Shown piece by piece: positions 39,156-51,221 of a DNA stretch of 64,000 nucleotides. Made by a program: the position numbers and the translations under genes. The notes beneath the pieces were generated by a model, which worked only from the letters and a program-made list of their open reading frames with translations, was not told where the DNA came from and did not search any database. The DNA is taken from assembly GCA_964016885.1 (NCBI GenBank), contig OZ024745.1:120714001-120778000 (forward strand), read 5' to 3'. Within the stretch, counting starts at the first letter, position 1; every line of letters starts with the position of its first letter. This DNA comes from Eledone cirrhosa (Eukaryota).

Positions 39156-39975
39156 ACTTAGCAAAGTTTCTTATATAAAATTATCTAGGAAGTTTTTAAA
39201 TAAATATAAACTGCTTAAAATAAACAAGCTTTCTATCATAGGACCAGGCATGGTTTCCAACAGTTTGGTATTAATAGCATTAATCTAACCTGACTAAAAT
39301 ATTATGCTCATATCAGAAATCCTTATTGATTCAAACATTATCTCATTAGTTCTGAAGAACAGAAACTATCATGTTTGAAGTAAGTTAATTTTGTTCCCTT
39401 TTGCTTCAATTGCCACCAGAACCTACTGAAATAACTGAGACCTATGAAGGAGTCTTGACATAATTGCTCGACATACTAGAAACAGCACCTAATTTCCTCC
39501 AAATCACATCTTACCATCTTGAATATAGGCTGTGGTGTTTAGAAGTTCACTTCTAAAGCATATGTTTCAGGTTCTACTGCACAGTGTGTTGCACCTTGGT
39601 CGAGTGTCTTCTGCACTAGCCTCAGGATGACCAATGTCTTGTAAGTGAATTTGGTAGATGAGAGCTCTTTGAAAGCCCAATGTTTGTATTTATGTGAGTG
39701 TTTGTGTTCATCTTCACCTCAAAGACATTGCTAAGTCAGAGAATCTTTACCATTCTGAAAAATATGGGTTGATTATAAATAAAATTGTACATACCACTAA
39801 AAAGATGCTAATGGGTGGAATATCTTTCTTTAATCATAGGTCTACTGGATCAGGCTTAAGCTTGGGTTGAACAACATGAGCAACAAGTGGCATACAGAAA
39901 ACAACTGGATTGTGGAAAACATACAACTTGATTGGATGTTACTCTGCATTCTATATGGTAAACAATCGTATATCA

Positions 39976-40580
39976 GTGGTAGAGATTTGATCTTTTACAA
40001 GGTGTACAGGTATGGTCTTTTACCGGGTGGTACAGGTATGGTCTTTTACCGGGTGGTACAGGTATGGTCTTTTACCGGGTGGTACAGGTATGATCTTTTA
40101 CCGGGTGGTACAGGTATGGTCTTTTACTGGGTGGTACAGGTGTAGTCTTCTACAGGGTGGTAGAGGTATGGTCCTTTACTTGGTGGTAGAGGACTATACC
40201 TCTACCATGTGGTAGAGGTATAGTCCTCTATCTGGTGGTAGAGGACTATACCTCTACCTGGCGGTAGAGGTATAGTCCTCTACAGAGTGGTACAGTCTTC
40301 TACCAGGTGGTAGAGCTATAGTCCTCTACCAGGTGGTAGAGGACTATACCTCTACCGGGTGGTAGAGGTATAGTCTTCTACCATGTGGTAGAGGTATAGT
40401 CTTCTACCACATGGTAGAGGTATAGTCCTCTACCATGTGGTAGAGTTATAATCTTCTACAACATGGTAGAGGTATAGTCCTCTACCTGGTGGTAGAGGTA
40501 TAGTCTTCTACCAGCTGGTAGAGGTATGGTCTTCTACTGGGTGGTAGAGATATAGTCTTCTACCGGGTGGTAGAGGTATG
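39976..40580. repeat. 26-bp palindromic minisatellite, about 22 units
   Basis: Unit GGTAGAGG-TATAGT-CCTCTACC-nnnn; earlier units read GGTACAGGTATGGTCTTTTACCGGGT. The period of 26 is seen at 40021/40047/40073. Confidence 0.92.
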
Positions 40581-41034
40581 TTATATCAGGAGCAATTAAT
40601 GTCTGCACATTACACTGCACTATATGGTAAACAATTGCATGTCAGTGCACACAGCATGGTCCTCTACTGTTTGTTGGAGGTATGTGATATAGCTGGAGCA
40701 ATAGGCATGTGGAGACATTAAAATCACTTTATTCAGCTCAGCTTTCTCAAAGCTTGCCACTTTCAATGGCATTCATAACATCAAGCTAATGGTAAAACCT
40801 CTACGTGTTTACTTGATCTGCTAGAAATAGCACCCATGTTCACTTCAAATACCACAAAGAATGACATATTGGACAATGTAATCCCAAATATACACAAAGG
40901 CAAGGGAGTGATGGCTGGAACATCATTGATTTTCTTACTCAAGGGCAACCTGGGACTAAACAAAAACAACATTAACAACATATTTTATGTATGATATTGA
41001 TTTCTTATTTTAACAGAGAGTCATATATTAATAT

Positions 41035-41221
41035 TTGTTTCTACTTTAGGCACAAGGCCAGCAATTACCCAGTGCATTACTGGTACTTTATTTTATCAAC
41101 CCCGTAAGGATGAAAGGCGAAGTTAACCTCGGCGAGTTTAAACTCAGATCGTAAAGGGCCGTAACTCTATGCTGCAAAGCATGGCGTCTGACTCTCTACC
41201 GATACTGCCAAGCCACCGCCC
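41035..41221 (-). mobile_element. SINE family 1, near full length
   Basis: Minus strand GGCGGTGGCTTGGCAGTATCGGTAGAG...CTGAGTTTAAAC..GCCGAGGTTAACTTCGCCTTTCATCCTTACGGGGTTGATAAAATAAAGTACC...GTAGAAACAA. Confidence 0.9.
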
Positions 41222-41985
41222 TTAACATAGTGAAATAGTGAAATGTCTATAAATGTGATTCAAAATCAAGTCACAGGCATGATTTTTCCTGAGTATTTAC
41301 CTAAACTCTCTAGCACACAATGTATTTTCTTCATTTAGTTCTTCATTTAGTTCTTATATTACAACCAGTTCTTAACAAAACAATACTATTTCTGTATTTT
41401 CTAGTCATTTTTTTTTTTACAGATTGTTATCAAATATTTACTGATAAGTCTGCAACTTGTGATTTCTACATGGACGGCCCCCAACAACAACAAATAACAG
41501 AAGATTTCATCTCTCTCTTTTGGAATATTTCTTGTTGATAAAATTGCTGGTAAAAAGAAGGGAAGAACAAAAAAAAAGGTGATGAGTTTTCAACTGTAAA
41601 TAAAAGATTCATATTCAGCATGATATTGAACTTTTGTCATGAAGTTTTCACTAGAATCCATTATAATAATTTAGTTCTGTTGTAAAACAATGAATTAAAT
41701 GCTTTTGTTATATTTGTTTGTTTGTTGTTTATTTGTTGCATTTTTATTTTTGTCTTGTTATTTCCATTAATGAGAACTGATCAAATGAAATAATTTTTCA
41801 CGTTTTAGTAAAGAGAATACACGTTTCATTGCTGGATACACCCATATTGGCTTTGACTAACAATAGCATGTTTTAAACTGGTGAGAATGTTGCTATGACT
41901 TAGTAATAACCAAAGTGAAACATGCAGAGAGTTGAAATAAATGTGTTGCAACACATTTTTCAACCTTGCCAAGTCACAGTTTGAA

Positions 41986-42452
41986 AGGATTGGCAGAATC
42001 GTTAGAGCATCAGACAAATGCTTGGCAATATTTGTTCCAGTTCTTTATGTTATATTATTTGGGGTTGTTAGATTAAATAAAATGCATTGCATTTTTTTGT
42101 TATGGCCCTCTGTGCTCTGGTTTCAAATCTTGCAGAGGTCAACTTTGTCTTTAATCCTTTTAGAGTTGAAAAAATAGGGGTCAATTTAATTTCCCCCCCC
42201 CCCCCCCCCCCCCCAACCTAAAAAAAAAATTGTTGGCCTTGTGCCTAAATCATTTGTAAAATTAGGGCATTGGAGTGACAGAGTTGATAGAGTGTCAGAC
42301 AAATGTTTAGCAGTATTTGCTCCAGCTCTTTACGTTCTGAATTCAAATCCTGCTGAGGCCATCTTTGTCTTTCATCTTTCAGTACCAGTAAAGTACTAGA
42401 GTCAATTTAATTGATTTTCCCTTCCCCATAAATTGTTGGTCTTGTGCCTAAT
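41986..42452 (+). mobile_element. Cluster of tandem SINE family 1 copies
   Basis: Repeated TGGCAGAATCGTTAGAGC / TTCAAATC.TGC.GAGG.CA.CTTTGTCTTT / TTGTTGG.CTTGTGCCTAA modules. Confidence 0.8.
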
Positions 42453-42493
42453 CCCCCCACCCCACCCCCTCCTCCTCCTCCTCCTCCTCCTCC

Positions 42494-42529
<36 letters not shown>

Positions 42530-42740
42530 CCACCATCGTCATTTAACATCTGTTTTCTCTGCAAGCAAGGGTTGGATGGGTGCATTTTATGATGGTACCA
42601 ACACTAGGGAGGTTGTCATGTCTTTGACACGATGGAAGAGATCTTGTGACCCTTTGTTTGGTACATTTTCTATAGCTGGATGCCCTTCTCATCACCAACC
42701 ACTTGGCTGAGTTCTCTTGGCGTGTTCTATCATGCCACTA
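42530..42740 (-). mobile_element. RTE-tail-type repeat with (GAT)n tail
   Basis: Minus strand GTGGTTGGTGATGAGAAGGGCATCCAGCTATAGAAA...CAGATGTTAAATGACGATG(GAT)n. Confidence 0.7.
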
Positions 42741-42744
42741 TATT

Positions 42745-43435
42745 CATATAATTTGAGGAAAGAATCAAGTTAGGTGAGATGCAGTTTGGATTTATGCCAG
42801 CTAGGGGTACTACCAATGCCCTCTTTTTGGTGAGACAATTACAGGAGAAGTATTTTGCTAAGAGTAAGCCACTGTATTTGTGGATCTAGAGAAAGCCTTT
42901 GATAGGATCCCATACTTAATAATCTGGTGGGCACTTAGGAAGCTAGGTGTAGACAAATGGCTTGTGAGAACCATTCAGATCATATATAGAGGTGCAACCA
43001 GCAGAGTGAAAGTTGGTAATGAGTACAGTGATGAATTTGAAGAGCATGTGGGGGTCCACCAGAGATCAGTCTTCAGCCCACTCCTGTTTATCATCACCCT
43101 TCAGGCCATCACTGAGGAGTTTAAAACTGGCACTCTATAGGAGCTCCTATATGCTGACAACCTAGTCTTCATACCTGAATCTGTAGGAGAGTTAGAGGCA
43201 AAATTTCAAGCATAGAAGAAGAACCTAGAGTTGAAAGGCCTAAAAGTATATTTAGCAAAGACAAAAGTCCTAATAAGCATGAAAGAAGACAGGAAAGTGG
43301 CCTTGTTCAATATGTCAGAAAGGGGTGGGCAGAAATTCCATAAGGTTCACTCAATGTAATCTTTGGATGCACAAGAGATGTAGTGGGATTGCAGGTAGGC
43401 TAACAGAAAATATAGACCTTATATGCAGCAGGTGA
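42745..43435 (+). mobile_element. RTE-clade LINE RT fragment (same family as 28410-29800)
   Basis: EMQFGFMPARGTTNALFLVRQLQEK, DLEKAFDRIP, VGVHQRSVFSPLLF, ELLYADNL. Confidence 0.9.
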
Positions 43436-43664
43436 ATCTCCATGAGAACTAGGTTAAGGGTGTACATGTCTATTTGAATGCTCAGCTTTTAAGATGTTGA
43501 CTTCATGAGCAGGCTGTTCCATTGTATGAACAACTGGAACATTCATTGTCATGACTAACAGAAGTCTAACAACAACACTCCATTGTTGTTGTATAAAGTA
43601 AATGTTGTGTACAAAAAGTGTATTATTTGAGTTATGAAGGGCGGCAAATTGGCAGTATCGGTAG

Positions 43665-43812
43665 AGTTCTTCTTGGATCTCCCCACTCCAAGGCTTCCAT
43701 CAACTTTTAGTGCTCTGCACCTTTTTATGCAGCTGTCATCCTTCATACGCATCACATGGCCATACCAAAACATCCTCCTCTCCTGCACACAACATTTGAT
43801 TCCTCTTATGTT
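43665..43812 (-). mobile_element. RTE LINE 3' fragment
   Basis: RMFWYGHVMRMKDDSCIKRCRALKVDGSLGVGRSKK. Confidence 0.75.
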
Positions 43813-44542
43813 CAAAGGGTTAAACGATGATGATGATGATTATATATAGTGCTATGATTACTATTGGTAACAATCTTACTTTTCATGCCCCACATTTGGT
43901 TTATTTCAATTTCAAGATCCTTTTTTTTTCTTTATTTTCTTTTTTGACCTTTTCAGTTTTGTCCTTATCTAAACCTTTTTCTCCAATATTAGTTTCCAGT
44001 TTGGACTTTATCAGTTCTTTAAATATAGATATGTGGCTTAGTGGTTAGAGAATTGGATTCACAATTGTGAAGTTCCAAGTTCGATTCCAAAACCAGGCGA
44101 TGTGTTATAGCAAGACACTTTATTTCAATGTTGCTCTTTCTGCCAGGAGTTGCAACTGGTAGAAAATATCAGCAATGGAAAGACCAATGGAGACATTGTT
44201 TTCACCCCACTTGGTAATGGAATGAGGTATGGGAATTTGTCGATTGATATTGTGTTGTATATAGAGAAGAAGATTCTTCATGTTTCCATATTTACACTTA
44301 TCAATTTCCCTTTGCTTGCCTCTAAACCTTTTTTCTTGTACCACAGTTGTTATTTTATATCAAGTTTAATATTTGTATCAGAGACTACCCTGTGTGTGTT
44401 GGGAGAGGGAGTAAGTAACTTCAAAACTTTGTCAATAGTGTCCAGTTTTTTTCTGTCTATGCTCTTCAATTCACTTAACCTCCAGTTTATTATGTTCTAA
44501 CTGGGATGGCTAATGTAGTTATACCTACTGTTGTATTGCTAA

Positions 44543-45100
44543 GGTGGCAAATTGGCAGAGTCATTAGGGCATTGGATTAAAAATGTCTCGGTATTTGTTC
44601 TAGTGCTCTGAGATCAAATCCTGCCAAGGCCAACCTTGTTTTTCATCCTTTCAGGGTCAATAAAGATTGTACCTATTCAAAACTTGGGTCGACTTTCCCA
44701 CTATCTCATTTTATCCCTTTCTTACTTTCTCTCTTTCTTTCAAAGAAATCAGCTGTTCCAACCTGAGGAGAGATGGGCTCCATCAGGTTTTAAAATAGCC
44801 AAGGTATGCTGTATTTATCTTTTTTTCTAAATCATGTTTCTAGCACCAAATTCAGTTTTTAAGGTGGGAAATTGGCTAAAAATTATTAGAGCATCCAACA
44901 AAATACCTTTCAGTATTTATTCTGTTTCCAAGTTCTCTGTATTCAAATGCTCCAGAGGTCAATTTTATCTTTCATCCTTTTGGGGTCGATAAATAAAGTA
45001 CTAATCCAGAGTGGATTGGTTGACAGGTGGACCCATTTGAACAATGGTTAAAGTACCTTGCAGTATTTATTTCAGCTCTCTGCATTCTAAGTTCAAATCC
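44543..45100 (+). mobile_element. Several degenerate SINE family 1 copies
   Basis: TTGGCAGAGTCATTAG, TTTCATCCTTT(C/T)(A/G)GGGTC.ATAAA at about 44640 and 44970. Confidence 0.7.
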
Positions 45101-45884
45101 TCCATCACCTGATAGCTGTAATCCGTTGCCTGGTTTAACACTCCGGCCAGAATTCTCTCACCTCTTTCTGTTCAAACCTGCTGTAACTGGTCACTCATAC
45201 TTATGTTAAGGTATTGTTCTCAAAATAAATAATATTAAAATCTCGTAGATTCGATATGTGAGATAATTATGTAAAATAGAGCCTTTACCACAAAAATACA
45301 ACAGTGTATATACATTGATGTAAATGCTAAAGGGTTAATATTACCTCTTGGCCCTCAAGGGATTTTAATGAAATTTACTCTGTTGCAGTCATTTGAACTA
45401 GGTGTCCAGTTTGAAAATATCTTTATCCCTTCCCTCCATCAATCTCAGAGACCCTGAAAAGAATTATAGACATCATCCTTCCTTCTGTCTGTTTTACAGC
45501 TTCCCTTGTTTTACATTTTCTTTTCTTTATTTTTATGGTTATTTTCCTTCCTATTTCTAAAATTTTTATTTTTTATTTTTACTTTTATTTTCATATTTAC
45601 TTATCTCTGTCTTGTTTTTTGTTTCTCAACTGTAAGAAGTACTAGATACTTCCCCTAGTCAGTCATGGCTTACTAGCTTTACACAGACGTATAAATTGAT
45701 TGAATAAATAAATAAATAGAGATAAAAAAATGCCAGTTTGACACTTCTGTAGTATAGAGGTGTATACGAAAGCATATATAATATGTTTATGCACAACAAA
45801 CATATTAAGTCTCCCTGAGGGTGTTTTGAGCAGCAATCATACCACAGCAACCTCAGTAAATGTGTGAACACATTAAATACTATA

Positions 45885-46215
45885 TCATCATCATCACCGT
45901 TTTATGTCTGTTCTTCCACGCTAGCTTGGGTTAGACAGGTTGTCCTGCTGTGGGCAATGCCAGGTCAGGTGACCTTGTCTTGCTTATACGGGAACTGATT
46001 TTGGCTTGATTTCTACAGCTCGATGGCCTTCCTAACACCAACCTCATTTACAGTGTGAACTGGGTGCTTTTTGTTGTGAGACCTCCATGACCAGGGGATG
46101 GGGGCATACTGTCTATATGCTTCAGCTTCGGCTTGTACCCGTGGGAAGTCGGGTCTTCTGTATTACTGCGAGACGCCAGAGGTCACAGTCCTGTGTCATT
46201 GCCTTTGAGCGGTGC
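45885..46215 (-). mobile_element. RTE-tail-type dispersed repeat (source family of the 48-bp satellite)
   Basis: Minus strand GGTCTCACAACAAAAAGCACCCAGTTCACACTGTAAATGAGGTTGGTGTTAGGAAGGCCATCGAGCTGTAGAAA...(GAT)n tail. Confidence 0.8.
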
Positions 46216-46253
46216 TATAGTATTTATAAATCCTGAAATACTATAGTATAGGG

Positions 46254-46674
46254 CAAGGGTGGGCAAACGTTTTGGATAGGGGGCCACATTGACTGGATAT
46301 AGTATGCCAGTAACCTTACTTTTCTTCAGTTAGAATTTAGAAAATATAAAATATAAACTGCATCATTACATGCAGAAATGCCCATTTGTACCGTCAACTG
46401 TTGTGGTTAATAAACTGCATCATTAGAATACATAAATTAATAAAATGATTAAATACAAAAATTTTAAAACAAAATTTTCTTTTAATTAGTGTCTGTATAT
46501 CACAGAACATACCAGAACAAAAATGTAGGTAGATCTAGTCTCGGCTAAAGTATTATATACAAAAATCTGTTGATTTTTATTTTTTTTATTAATTCACCAA
46601 ATGCTTCCACAGGCTGCACAAAACTCTTTGGCGGGCCACATTTGGCCTACGGGCCGTAGTTTGCCCACCCCCTG
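46254..46674. mobile_element. hAT (Charlie-like) MITE with 8-bp TSD
   Basis: TIRs CAAGGGTGGGCAAAC / GTTTGCCCACCCCCTG, subterminal GGGCCACAT motifs, and perfect TSD GTATAGGG at 46246-46253 and 46675-46682. Confidence 0.93.
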
Positions 46675-47043
46675 GTATAGGGTATTCTCACACATTTACT
46701 GAGGCAGCTGTGACATTTATTGTACATAATAAAGGTGTATATGGTTGGATTGATGAACATAACCCCATTAGAAGATGTTTTTGAGGTCTCACTCATCTTG
46801 AATTCAGTGTATATTTGGTGTATATAAGCTTTCATATACACCTTTATTTTGAATCACACTGTGTTAGTAATACTGCTAAATACCATCTACGGTAACCTAT
46901 TCTTCTTAATTTTTGTGTTATATTTCATCTGATTAATTGCCTAAGTATTTGTAGAGGTAGTTCTGGACTAAATCTCTGATTTCAGTATCTATGCCAGCGT
47001 GGTTAGAAATGGTAAGAAACTCCCACCTTCAACAATGACTTCC

Positions 47044-47217
47044 ATGATGATGATGATAATGATTGTGATGATGAGGATGATGATGATGATGATAGTGATA
47101 ATGATGGTGAAAATGATGATGATGATGATGGTGATGATGATAGTGGTGATAATGTTGATGATGGTGATGATGGTGATGATAATGCTGATGGTGATGGAGT
47201 GATGATGGTGGTGATGG

Positions 47218-47272
<55 letters not shown>

Positions 47273-47330
47273 ACTGTGAGGAGAGGTGGTGATGGTATAG
47301 TAGTGATGGTGATGATGATGACAATGATGT
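47044..47330. repeat. (GAT)n/(GGT)n trinucleotide tract
   Basis: Direct observation. Confidence 0.95.
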
Positions 47331-48487
47331 TAGTTCAGCTCTCCTGAAAGTTTCTTACCATTTTTTACCTCTAGTTATGGTCTAGTTCCCTGATTTCAGT
47401 ATTTATGCCTAATCTAATATTCTCAGATTCAATAGATATTTTTCTTATAGTAGCTCTGCCACATTTATTTATCCCTTTAGCATTTCCATTACTCTCTATT
47501 TACTCTTGTATTTTCACAGTGAAGGCTGAATCTCTCATAATTATCTTGGGGAAACACATTCTGCATTCTGTCCGCCGGGGCTGTGGAGTGGCCAGCATGT
47601 GGGACCCCATTTGATCATAATACAGAGAGATGGGGGGCGATGATGGTGGGAGTTCGGATCTTCCGTGTTCGGACACATTGCACCTCTCATGTGGATCATG
47701 TAATAATTTCAGGAGTTTTTAGACAATTTATTTACATTCTTATATACAAGGCAAGCTCCCTTTATAAAATGTCTTATAACATAGGTTTGTAGATGACTTA
47801 TTCTTCCTTTCGTAGAGAAGAGATTGATTAAGAACCATTTACGAGGCTAAAACATAATTTTTTTTCATTATCAAAATAGTAACACAGCTCGTATTTATAT
47901 AAAGATTTCTTTATTCATGAGAAAAAAGCCCATCTTTTTTGTCAAAATAAACACAATTCGTACATAATATGTAAACTTATATCGAATCTATGAGATTTTG
48001 ATATCTATTTTAAGAACAATACCTTTACATAAGTATGAAAAGCTGGTTATGGCCAGTTTAAACAAAAAGAGGTTAGACAATTTGGGCCGGAGACGGCCGG
48101 TTTAAATGCTAAAGGGTTAAATCCATACTAATTTCTATGTTGAACTGACGAATATGACCACATTAGAGAATATTTATGAAGACTCAATTTTCTTGAAGCT
48201 AGTGTATAGTTGGTGTGCGGTGTCTAGATTGTATCTGATGTTTTACTTTTAACTGCGTAATGAGCATGCATGACCCACACATACATGCTGGTAGTGGTGT
48301 TGATAAAAATGATGGTGGTGATACTATTAATATACGGGGGAAGATTTATATAACATTCATCTTGTCCCTAGTCTGTGACTAAAGTAAATAATTAACACAC
48401 TCTTTATGCACTTCAAAGAACTCACGGAGTAAAGGGAAAATAAAGAAAAAGAAAAGAAGCAAGTATCTGAAAATAATAATTTGAACA

Positions 48488-48904
48488 GGATTTGGAGATG
48501 AGAGCCACCCATCTCTACTGTTTTTCTACTGTCTCTAGGAACAGTCCCATGTCACCCCTCCAACTGGATTTGGAGATGGAGAGATGAGAGCCACCCATCT
48601 CTACTGTTTTTCTACTGTCTCTAGGAACAGTCCCATGTCACCCCTCCAACTGGATTTGGAGATGGAGAGATGAGAGCCACCCATCTCTACTGTTTTTCTA
48701 CTGTCTCTAGGAACAGTCCCATGTCACCCCTCCAACTGGATTTGGAGATGGAGAGATGAGAGCCACCCATCTCTACTGTTTTTCTACTGTCTCTAGGAAC
48801 AGTCCCATGTCACCCCTCCAACTGGATTTGGAGATGGAGAGATGAGAGCCACCCATCTCTACTGTTTTTCTACTGTCTCTAGGAACAGTCCCATGTCACC
48901 CCTC
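48488..48904. repeat. 86-bp tandem repeat, about 5 near-identical copies
   Basis: GGATTTGGAGATGGAGAGATGAGAGCCACCCATCTCTACTG...GTCACCCCTCCAACT, with period 86 (48541, 48627, 48713). Confidence 0.97.
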
Positions 48905-48913
48905 TCAATGACA

Positions 48914-49101
48914 GTGTGGATTGGCAGTATCGGTAGAGGGTCGGACGCCATGCTTTCCAGCATAGTTACGTCCCTTTACGATCTGAGTTAAAATCCCGCC
49001 GAGGTTGACTTTGCCTTTCATCCTTACGGGGTAGATAAAATAAAGTACCAGTAATGCACTGGGTAATTGCTGGCCTTGTGCCTAAAGTAGAAACAATTAT
49101 T
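48914..49101 (+). mobile_element. SINE family 1, near full length
   Basis: TTGGCAGTATCGGTAGAG...CTGAGTTAAAATCCCGCCGAGGTTGACTTTGCCTTTCATCCTTACGGGGTAGATAAAATAAAGTACC. Confidence 0.9.
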
Positions 49102-49139
49102 GATAAGAATGTTGATGACAATTCCAACAATAGTGGCAA

Positions 49140-49664
49140 TAATGATAACAAGAATGACCTTGATGATGATGATGATGATGGTGATAATGATCAAATTGAT
49201 GGTGATGGTGATGATACTGTGACAAGAGGTTGTGGTTGTGATGATGGTGGTGTTGGTGTTAGTGGTGGTGATGATGATGACAATAATGATGGGCATGTCA
49301 GCAGTGATGATGACATTGATGATACTGGAACAAGATGTGGTGATGGTGATGTTGGTGGTGGTAGTGGTGCTGTTGTTGTTGTTGTTGTTGATGGTGGTGG
49401 TGGTGGTGGTGGTGGTGGTGGTGATTGTGGTGGTGATGTTGTTGTTGTTGGTGGTGGTAGCGCTGGTGGTGGTGCTGGTGGTAGTGGTGCTGTTGTTGTT
49501 GTTGTTGTTGATGGTGGTGGTGGTGGTGGTGGTGATGTTGTTGTTGGTGGTGGTGGTAGCGCTGGTGGTGGTGCTGGTGGCGGTGGTGGTGGTGGTGGTG
49601 GTGGTGGTGATGTTGTTGTTGGCGGTGGTGGTAGCGCTGGTGGTGGTGCTGGTGGTAGTGGTGC

Positions 49665-49695
<31 letters not shown>

Positions 49696-50605
49696 GGTGG
49701 TGATGTTGTTGTTGGTGGTGGTGGTAGCGCTGGTGGTGGTGCTGTGGCGGTGGTGGTGGTGGTGGTGGTGATGTTGTTGTTGGCGGTGGTGGTAGTGCTG
49801 GTGGTGGTGGTGATGTTGTTGCTGGTGGTGGTGATGGTGGTGGTGGTGGTGGTGGTGGTGGTGATGTTGTTGTTGGTGGTGGTGGTAGCGCTGGTGGTGG
49901 TGCTGGTGGTGGTGGTGATGTTGTTGCTGGTGGTGGTGGTGGTGGTGGTGATGTTGTTGCTGGTGGTGGTGGTGGTGGTGGTGGTGGTGATGTTGTTGTT
50001 GTTGGTGGTGGTAGCGCTGGTGGTGGTGCTGGTGGTGGTGATGATGTTGTTGCTGGTGGTGGTGGTGGTGGTGGTGGTGATGGTGGTGGTGGTGGTGGTG
50101 GTGGTGGTGCTGTTGTTGTTGTTGTTGGTGGTGGTGATTGTGGTGGTGATGTTGTTGTTGTTGGTGGTGGTAGCGCTGGTGGTGGTGCTGGTGGTAGTGG
50201 TGCTGTTGTTGTTGTTGTTGTTGATGGTGGTGGTGGTGGTGGTGGTGGTGGTGATGTTGTTGTTGGTGGTGGTGGTAGCGCTGGTGGTGGTGCTGGTGGC
50301 GGTGGTGGTGGTGGTGGTGGTGGTGGTGATGTTGTTGTTGGCGGTGGTGGTAGCGCTGGTGGTGGTGCTGGTGGTGGTGGTGATGTTGTTGCTGGTGGTG
50401 GTGATGGTGGTGGTGGTGGTGGTGGTGGTGGTGGTGGTGATGTTGTTGTTGGCGGTGGTGGTAGCGCTGGTGGTGGTGCTGGTGGTGGTGATGATGTTGT
50501 TGCTGGTGGTGGTGGTGGTGGTGGTGATTATGGTGGTGATGTTGTTGTTGTTGGTGGTGGTAGCGCTGGTGGTGGTGCTGGTGATGGTGGTGATGTTGTT
50601 GCTGG

Positions 50606-50636
<31 letters not shown>

Positions 50637-50911
50637 GGTGGTGGTGATGTTGTTGCTGGTGGTGGTGGTGGTGGTGGTGGTGGTGGTGGTTGTGATGTTG
50701 TTGCTGGTGGTGGTGGTAGCACTGGTGGTGGTGCTGGTGGTGGTGGTGATGTTGTTGCTGGTGGTGGTGGTGGTGGTGGTGGTGGTGGTGGTGATTGTGG
50801 TGGTGATGTTGTTGCTGGTGGTGGTGGTAGCGCTGGTGGTGGTGCTGGTGGTGGTGGTGATGTTGTTGCTGGTGGTGGTGGTGGTGGTGGTGGTGGTGAT
50901 TGTGGTGGTGA

Positions 50912-50942
<31 letters not shown>

Positions 50943-50990
50943 GATGATGTTGTTGCTGGTGGTGGTGGTGGTGGTGGTGCTGGTGGTAAT
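49140..50990. repeat. (GGT)n/(GTT)n/(GAT)n compound low-complexity array with larger repeated modules
   Basis: Recurrent GGTAGCGCTGGTGGTGGTGCT and GGTGATGTTGTTG modules. Confidence 0.95.
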
Positions 50991-51158
50991 TGTAATGTTG
51001 GGGATAGAATTATTGCACTATGAATTCCTAATAACATTCTGCAAGACAGGCATTATTTAGAAGACTCCAGATATTAACTTCATCAGACCTAACCCCACCA
51101 TCACTGCCATCATCATCATCATCACTACCACCAAAGTTATCATTGTTACCAATTCCAG

Positions 51159-51221
<63 letters not shown>

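Noticed and set aside
48488-48904. 86-bp unit as a dimer of the 43-bp satellite
   Set aside because: There is no sequence similarity beyond short ACAGT/ACTGT words; the length ratio is coincidental.
48914-49000. tRNA genes at A-box/B-box motifs (also 41130-41221, 63384-63480, 36567-36630)
   Set aside because: There is no cloverleaf, and the motifs continue into shared SINE bodies and tails.
49054-51060. 668-aa Gly/Val-rich ORF as a structural protein
   Set aside because: It starts inside a SINE, consists of trinucleotide repeats, and switches from poly-Gly to poly-Val at an indel.
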